From the IMG/VR virus record IMGVR_UViG_2843020057_000001, positions 74,516 through 138,515 of that record: a stretch of DNA of 64,000 nucleotides; one strand, given 5' to 3'. This stretch comes from a virus. Its lineage: Duplodnaviria; Heunggongvirae; Uroviricota; Caudoviricetes. Below the pieces are notes generated by a model. It was given only the letters and a program-made list of their open reading frames with translations, was not told where the DNA came from and searched no databases. The position numbers and the translations under genes are program-made. Positions 57,716 through 64,000 of the stretch are shown piece after piece; positions within the stretch are counted from its first letter, which is position 1, and every line of letters starts with the position of its first letter.

Positions 57716-58218
57716 ATCAAATTCGATATATTTAAGTTAGTGAAACGGATATAATAGCCCTAATCATTTTTATATTTATCTTTTTAAAATTACAATTGTA
57801 AACCCCTATAAATAAAATTACCCCTTATCATTAGATAAGGGCTTTATTTTTCTACTGTTAAAAATTAATGTAATCGTTTTCATTAAATAACAGTTATTAT
57901 TTTATATTTTTCTGGCAAATGAACGGGGGTTATTTTACTCAAAACGCCTTAATTTTTAGGGGAATTTTTAGACTAGTTGCTTCACTCACACACCACAAAA
58001 ATATTCCCGTACCTTCCCACTCCACCTCTATCCTCTTCACTCCATATCACCCTATATTAATACCCAAAACACACCCTTTTTACACCCTATTTTCATCACC
58101 CTTAATTCTTGAAAATAATTTTCATAAATTTTCATAATTACCCCTTCTTCTCATATTTCTCCATACAAAAAACAGTCCAAACATACTAACTTAATAGTAC
58201 ATTCAGACCAAAGCTCCC

Positions 58219-58539
58219 CTATATTCTCTTTACATATTCGTTTAAACAAATTATCAATTCAACATCTAATCCATCCATATAGTCATCATATACAGCAGAA
58301 TAATCATCATCAAATTGACTCAAAACATATAATAATACTCCGTTATATATCCTATCAGGACACCTTATTATCCCTTGAATTAATGTCATACTTTCCAATA
58401 AATTATCTTCATATGTTTCTCTGTACTCTTTTTGCAATAGATAATTTAAATACCAGATTAGATCATTGTCTCTATCCTGTCCAATTATATTTATTAGCTT
58501 TTTCACCACTATATTAATGATAGAATTACTGCTGCCCAT
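58219..58539 (-). CDS. hypothetical protein
   Basis: ORF with plausible composition. Only gene in the ~3-kb non-coding block. Confidence 0.35.
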   Translation of the reverse strand: MGSSNSIINIVVKKLINIIGQDRDNDLIWYLNYLLQKEYRETYEDNLLESMTLIQGIIRCPDRIYNGVLLYVLSQFDDDYSAVYDDYMDGLDVELIICLNEYVKRI

Positions 58540-59873
58540 AATCCCGGTTACCTCACGATTAATAATTATTTTAAACGTATGTTCTTTTTATACTATACAC
58601 AAACAATTGTTCGATAGCAACCCTTTATAACAATTGATACATGTATCGTTCTGTGAGATAAAATATAAATTATGTACCATCAAATGATTTAACTTAATAA
58701 AATTTAGCGCAACCATTTTCACGGGTTTATGAAAACAAGAAAATTACCCTCCCCGCTTTCATGTCATTATTTTCATAAAATCTCTAAATTGACCCTTTAA
58801 TATTCTTTCTTAAATCGTCGTAATTACCAATGACTGCATATTGCATTCACAAATTTTCGTCTTCTACATAATCATTCATATTGAAATCAATACTACTTTG
58901 TGAATTTTTCTTCACTAAGTTGAAAAGTTGATTTTTGAAGTCATATATCATTCAAAAATCATTATGAAAACATCGTTTTATGTACACCTAAATATTTTTC
59001 GTTGTTCTCTATTCTATTGGATAAATCTAAAATTCAAGAATTCTAAAATATCCGCACCTTATTACTCATATAACTAACCCTATCGAAACTCCCTATTTTT
59101 CGTTTCAATATTTTTATTCAATTCACTAAATTTTCTCCTCTAAAATGAACCAATACTAAATCCTATTTAATAGGAGCTAGTAGAATATTTTTACAATTAT
59201 TATTCACTTGAGACATCTATTAGTACAACTTCGATAATACAAGTGGTTTCAAACATCTAATTCCAGAAAATTTCACAAACTTAAAAAGGGTGCGGGGTAT
59301 TTTTACTCTAAGAACCTATAATTATATGTTTCGTATTGGTTCATTATTTTCACTCAGACTATTTTTCATAATTCCGCCGCCATTTATCCATTGTAATAGG
59401 AAAAAAACTCTATTTTCTATCACTGCTTTTATTGTCGCTTGTGAAGTCATCAAAAAATGCTGTTTCATTTTTATGTAACTATCCTCGCCTTATTTTTCTC
59501 TTCAAACACAGCCAAACACCAACGTAGAATGGAGTTGACGGGGCATAAATCAAAATTACATTAATTTATCTAAATCATCTTTTAACCCCATTATTCATTG
59601 TTCGTTTTGATTGTTTATGAGCAACAATTATGTAGTTAAATTATCGAAATAGCTATTCTACAAGCCTTTTAAATAGAAAACAGCGATAGCAAATAAATAC
59701 CACCGCTGAAATAATTACGGATTACTTACGTAACCACTTACTAATCTTTTTAATTAAATGTTTAACGTGCTTATTAGGCACAAGGATAATTACTAGGCAC
59801 CAATGCAACATCAGGAGTTACCTCCTTTCTGCACTAATCGGGTTTTCTACGCCCGCACAAATGTGCTTAACAA

Positions 59874-59997
59874 TTGTATCATAGAATTAATATGTTATAA
59901 TATACATAGGATAATTATTAGGCCGTGTGCTCGTGAGTGCTTTCTAGCTCACGAATCGGTTTAACGTGGGGCGCCCTGATAGGCGCTCTTTTTTTAT
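59874..59997 (+). ncRNA. candidate small RNA: consensus promoter (TTGTAT-16-TATAAT, 59874-59901) + two hairpins + intrinsic terminator (59969-59997)
   Basis: cgtgag-tgctttctag-ctcacg hairpin. GGCGCC-ctgata-GGCGCT stem followed by tctttttttatt. Confidence 0.45.
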
Positions 59998-60161
59998 TTA
60001 CAATGTGTTATCAAGAATGATAGATGAATGATTTAATCATTCTTACCAGCTCCATTATTTATATTGAATCATTTTTGAATGACTATTGAATCACTTTATC
60101 ATTCAAAATTATTAGCCTAAGCAATAATAAAAGCTCCAAGTTAATTCTTGGAGCTTATTTT

Positions 60162-60503
60162 TTACAATGATGACATCATATCTAAAGTTGTACTTCCACC
60201 ATCTTCATCATCATCATTCTTATCTTTAGTTTCTTTTGGTTTAGGTTTACTTACAGGTTTTTTTTCTGAAGTTTCAACCATCTTATCAACTATCTTCTCT
60301 TCTCGTTGAACAGACTTGGGGGCTCCATTCAAATTAACATTAACCTGGCTTAATACTGCATTTAAGTAATCACCATCACCAAAATTTGCAACAATTGTCC
60401 TGATTACTGCATCAAATGACCCAGTTTTATTATTTTGGTTTGCTAACCATTTAGCAATATCGCTATTCGAATCATACCTATAAGTAAATGTCTTCATACT
60501 CAT
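60162..60503 (-). CDS. parR: ParR-like adaptor (second gene of parMR operon)
   Basis: Immediately downstream of parM. Small, with a K/P/E-rich disordered tail. Confidence 0.45.
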   Translation of the reverse strand: MSMKTFTYRYDSNSDIAKWLANQNNKTGSFDAVIRTIVANFGDGDYLNAVLSQVNVNLNGAPKSVQREEKIVDKMVETSEKKPVSKPKPKETKDKNDDDEDGGSTTLDMMSSL

Positions 60504-60515
60504 ACTAATTCACCA

Positions 60516-61724
60516 CTATTTAGCGTGATCTACAATAAATTCAAGACCGTCCCTATTCAATGTCTGAGCCTTTTCTTTTGGAATCCAAATTACGGGAACT
60601 ACTTGACCACCGTTAAAGTCTTTTAGCTTATCTTCCAACTTCGTGCGGAGCATTGTTTGGTCTTTCATAGGAATTGATCCACCGCCATGAACGTAAACAA
60701 CTTCAATTGTAGCTCCTGCTTTACGAACAGAACGACTAACTTCAGTCACAATACGGTCACAAAATGGTTCTAATTGTGCATAAACAACCTTTTGTACTGC
60801 CTCATACCGTCCTCTTGATAATGGACTTGGTTTTGTTGCTAAGAATTCTTTTAATTCTGCAACACTGCTAAAGTTGAACTTCTTATCTCTAAGTACCTCA
60901 AGTGCTTCTTCAAGAGCATTATCATATCCTTCTGACAATGAATATGATGCAGATACAAGAGCTTTTCCATTAACAATTACAACAATATCAACTGTTCCGG
61001 CACCAATATCAATAGAAACTACATTTTTGGCTTGGATTAAGTCCTCTGCTTTGACTAAGGAAGCCATTTCTGGATAACGTGTGTCGAAATCTTCTTTAAT
61101 CTTCTTGGTTAAATCTTTATCTTTCCCTGTTGAGATAAATAATTGGGCTGTTTCACCTTCTGTAGCAACAAATACCTTATCAAATTCAATCGTCACCGTA
61201 ATAGGGTTTTTAAAATTATGAAAAGTTACTTGGTGAGTACTTCCTGCATATCGTTCACGATACATATTCTTAGTCTCAATATTGCTACCTTCTTTAACAG
61301 GAAGAGCTGCCGCCATACGGGTATTTACTTTAAGTGGTTCTGATAAGTCTTTACCTTCCTCATATGCTTGTTCTACGGCTGCACCTGCAATCATACTCAA
61401 TGTAAGAATTAAAGAATAGTCACTTTCGGCCTTGCCAGCATAATCATTAATATCGAAATGAGTTAATGGTAAGTTTTGGTCAATGGCATTTTGTCCGATC
61501 AAGAATCGACCTGGCGTCTTTATTGAACTACTAGAAATTGTTACATCCATATGATTAAGAAATTCTTTCATATATTCGTCTTTTTGACTCTTGCTTTCGA
61601 ATTCAACTGGGGAAGCAATATCTTGTTCACGTTCAATGGTAAATACAGATGGGAATTGAATTTCCTTATCGTCAATTATTGCTTTGACTGAGCCATATCC
61701 TAAGTCGTTTGCTGTTTTCATCAT
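60516..61724 (-). CDS. parM: ParM/StbA-family actin-like segregation ATPase
   Basis: Actin-fold phosphate 1 DLGYGSVKA. ~400 aa. ...DIGAGTVD... phosphate 2 and ...VHGGGS... adenosine motif. Confidence 0.75.
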   Translation of the reverse strand: MMKTANDLGYGSVKAIIDDKEIQFPSVFTIEREQDIASPVEFESKSQKDEYMKEFLNHMDVTISSSSIKTPGRFLIGQNAIDQNLPLTHFDINDYAGKAESDYSLILTLSMIAGAAVEQAYEEGKDLSEPLKVNTRMAAALPVKEGSNIETKNMYRERYAGSTHQVTFHNFKNPITVTIEFDKVFVATEGETAQLFISTGKDKDLTKKIKEDFDTRYPEMASLVKAEDLIQAKNVVSIDIGAGTVDIVVIVNGKALVSASYSLSEGYDNALEEALEVLRDKKFNFSSVAELKEFLATKPSPLSRGRYEAVQKVVYAQLEPFCDRIVTEVSRSVRKAGATIEVVYVHGGGSIPMKDQTMLRTKLEDKLKDFNGGQVVPVIWIPKEKAQTLNRDGLEFIVDHAK

Positions 61725-61739
61725 GTTTATTGTCCTCCG

Positions 61740-61870
61740 CTTCGTTTATGATTCTATTATACTGCAATTTGAATGATTTTTGAATGATAATTGCGGTCAT
61801 ATATCATTCATTTAGATTATTATCGTTAATTTTGATTAATATGAATGATATATGAATGATTAAATAAGTC
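61740..61870. repeat. iteron-like TGAATGAT / ATCATTCA repeats upstream of parM (candidate parC centromere)
   Basis: tttgaatgatttttgaatgataatt...atatcattcattt...atatgaatgatatatgaatgatt. Similar repeats at 60003-60110 downstream of parR. Confidence 0.5.
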
Positions 61871-61988
61871 TATATTATATATAACTCACTTAACACAATA
61901 TATTATATACTATATATTTAACATTTACCACTATGGGGTAGTTTTTTATTAAAAAAATAAAAAGGCACTATTTGTGCCGTCTTACTTT

Positions 61989-62333
61989 TTACCCGTTTTT
62001 TAGAGATTTTGACATAAAATCTTTCTCTTCAAGAATTGAGACCATTTTTTCTAACCTAGTTATTTGACTATCATCCAAAGAGGCTTTTTCGGTTTCAATT
62101 AAATGATTAAGCAAGGCTTTCATATTTTTTTCAATTCCTAAATTTAATAATGCAGATAACTCATTTCGAATATGGTTATCCGCTCTTATATTCGCCGGAA
62201 ATGTTACAGATAATACTTGAGGTTCTTCTTTCTCGTTAACTATATCTTCTCTCTTGACTTTATTCCTTACAGAAACTCTTGATCCAGCCTTAAGTTTGGG
62301 TTTCTTTTGTTCCTTTGAATGAGTAAGAGCCAT
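61989..62333 (-). CDS. small centromere-binding ParB/ParG-like protein
   Basis: Downstream of parA with ATG/TAA overlap. N-terminal basic region. Confidence 0.45.
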   Translation of the reverse strand: MALTHSKEQKKPKLKAGSRVSVRNKVKREDIVNEKEEPQVLSVTFPANIRADNHIRNELSALLNLGIEKNMKALLNHLIETEKASLDDSQITRLEKMVSILEEKDFMSKSLKNG

Positions 62334-63181
62334 TATTCTTCAACTCCAATCTTTTTAACTAATTCTTTGGCAACTTCCTTGTATTTATTTTGTGCTCTCT
62401 GATCCCAAACATCATGTGGCCCATCGGTAATTCCAGTTATATCCATACGCTTTACACGTTCCATAAGTCTTATATGATTCTTGAAAACATCATCGCCCCA
62501 CATTTCTTTTGCCTTTTCCAAAATTACCTTATCTACTGCTGCGCCCTTTTTAGAAAGAACTGGAAGTACACCAATAACAACAACATCAGAATCAAACTCA
62601 TCAATTATAGTTGTTTGAATATATTCAACTAGATCTTCAGCTCCATCTAAAGAATGTTGCTGGGTCTGTAAAACAATTATAATGTCATCACAAGCGTAGT
62701 ATGCCGTATCATTTTGTAGACTTAACGTTGGAGGAACATCAATAAAAATAAAATCATATTTTCCTCTCAAATCCCTGTTGATTAGTTTTGAAAGGAATCC
62801 AACCTTATCTTGTTCTGATTTAAAATTATTTTCTAAGTATCGTCCATATAAAGAAAAATCAACTGCATTTGGAATCAAATAAAAATCCTTGGCAATCTCA
62901 ATGACCGTCTTCTCAAGATTCTCATTTTTCTTTATAGCATTCATCAATGTGTTATCAATAACTTCAATCTCATCATCATTTTTACTCTTTGTCTTTAATA
63001 ACAACGAAGTCATATTTGCCTGTGGGTCCAGATCTATTACCAAAGATTTATACCCCATTTTAGATAGATTATAAGCAACTAATGCCGTAGTTGACGTTTT
63101 CCCAACGCCACCTTTTTGGTTGCAAAAAGATATAACTTTAGTCTCCATAATTTTTGCTCCAATCATTTGTTCTAAATCCAT
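62333..63181 (-). CDS. parA: ParA/Soj-family Walker-type partition ATPase
   Basis: Deviant Walker A NQKGGVGKTSTTA. Confidence 0.85.
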   Translation of the reverse strand: MDLEQMIGAKIMETKVISFCNQKGGVGKTSTTALVAYNLSKMGYKSLVIDLDPQANMTSLLLKTKSKNDDEIEVIDNTLMNAIKKNENLEKTVIEIAKDFYLIPNAVDFSLYGRYLENNFKSEQDKVGFLSKLINRDLRGKYDFIFIDVPPTLSLQNDTAYYACDDIIIVLQTQQHSLDGAEDLVEYIQTTIIDEFDSDVVVIGVLPVLSKKGAAVDKVILEKAKEMWGDDVFKNHIRLMERVKRMDITGITDGPHDVWDQRAQNKYKEVAKELVKKIGVEE

Positions 63182-63400
63182 TTTATCAAAACTATCACTT
63201 TGTGTTAAGTGTTAAATATATAATATAGTCCCCCATAATGTTAAATTAACAATGTATAATATATTGTTAACAGTACATAGTGTATTATATATATATTATT
63301 GTGGTAAATATATTATATATAATGCGCAATATATCATGTATTTACCACTAGTTGCATCTCAATATTGACTTTCTTAGATTGAAATGCAATCATGTAGGTA
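63182..63400. promoter_or_regulatory. AT-rich palindromes upstream of parA (candidate operator/parS)
   Basis: ttaacaatgtataatatattgttaa and ggtaaatatattatatataatgcgcaatatatcatgtatttacc inverted repeats. Confidence 0.35.
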
Positions 63401-64000
63401 TAAGAAAAAAGTCCCCCAATGATTATACTGAGGAACTATTCTTTTCTTTGAAGTGTAAATTAATCTCTGTCAAAAAGAGAAATAATTTAACACATATCAA
63501 ACTCTTATACAGATTATTAACTTACACACAAATAATTTAATTAAAATATCAATATCCTCTAAAACCAAAGCCATTCCATCTTTGGTTCCTTTGGAGTTTT
63601 TAAGCTACAGGCAACTGTGTAATTTTTCATAAATTACCAATTGCTATTATCAATAGACTATGATATTTTAAATATATCCACGGAGTGTGATGATTTAGCA
63701 TGATAGAACTAGGCACTCTTGATTGTTAAATCTGAGTACAAAAAAAGAACTAATCGAAATTAGGCAGTTGATTAGTTCTTCCAAATAAGGACAATCTAGT
63801 AATCACTAGATTCAATATAGAATTTAAATACAATAACCAAGCAGAACATTAAAATAATTAATAGTGATTTAGGCGTTAATAGTGTATTCCGCTTAGTACT
63901 TTATATAACTATTATATAGTATTCTGTTGATTTTTCAAGTATTTATACCTTATTTGGTGTACTCAATTTCAATAATTTTTAAGAAATGAGGACAATAATA

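Overview
This AT-rich (~35% GC) Lactobacillaceae-like window is a segment of a large mobile replicon with mixed phage and plasmid character (phage-plasmid or megaplasmid-like). The Lactobacillaceae call rests on the strong similarity of the ndt gene to Lactobacillus nucleoside deoxyribosyltransferase. Every CDS from ~5.8 kb to ~55.8 kb lies on the minus strand. The main blocks, left to right, are as follows.

- **1-0.7 kb:** a partial IS3-family transposase.
- **0.8-5.7 kb:** an NADH:flavin oxidoreductase and a divergent TetR regulator, bracketed by an inverted duplication of a small gene plus foldback repeats.
- **5.8-16.9 kb:** a restriction/defence island. It holds Mrr and a translationally coupled Type III mod-res operon extended by a ParB-like protein and an SNF2 helicase, with two HTH paralogs upstream.
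- **17-26 kb:** small phage-early-like genes, including nucleoside 2-deoxyribosyltransferase, a deoxynucleoside kinase and an Rnl2-type RNA ligase.
- **26-30 kb:** a tRNA island. It holds canonical tRNAs (Ile2/Met-CAU, Trp, Asn, Arg-UCU), a tmRNA (tag ...ALAA), several degenerate or armless tRNA-like elements and long non-coding gaps.
- **30-33 kb:** NrdH-like, PnuC-like and SPFH-domain genes.
- **33-46 kb:** a replication/recombination module (RecD2-like, DnaB-like, Mre11/SbcD-like, Sak4-like, dNMP kinase, a tyrosine recombinase).
- **46.3-48.2 kb:** a MazF-like toxin and a Doc/antitoxin pair.
- **48.4-55.8 kb:** about 25 small, mostly acidic ORFs including ArdA, a candidate anti-defence or leading-region-like island.
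- **55.9-59.9 kb:** a remarkable ~4 kb non-coding region. It holds a structured GC-richer leader, four or five tandem consensus promoters with an 18-bp palindromic operator, a ~675-bp top strand almost free of C followed by a G-free stretch, and a candidate sRNA.
- **60-63 kb:** type II (ParM/ParR) and type I (ParA/small ParB) partition loci flanked by iteron-like repeats.
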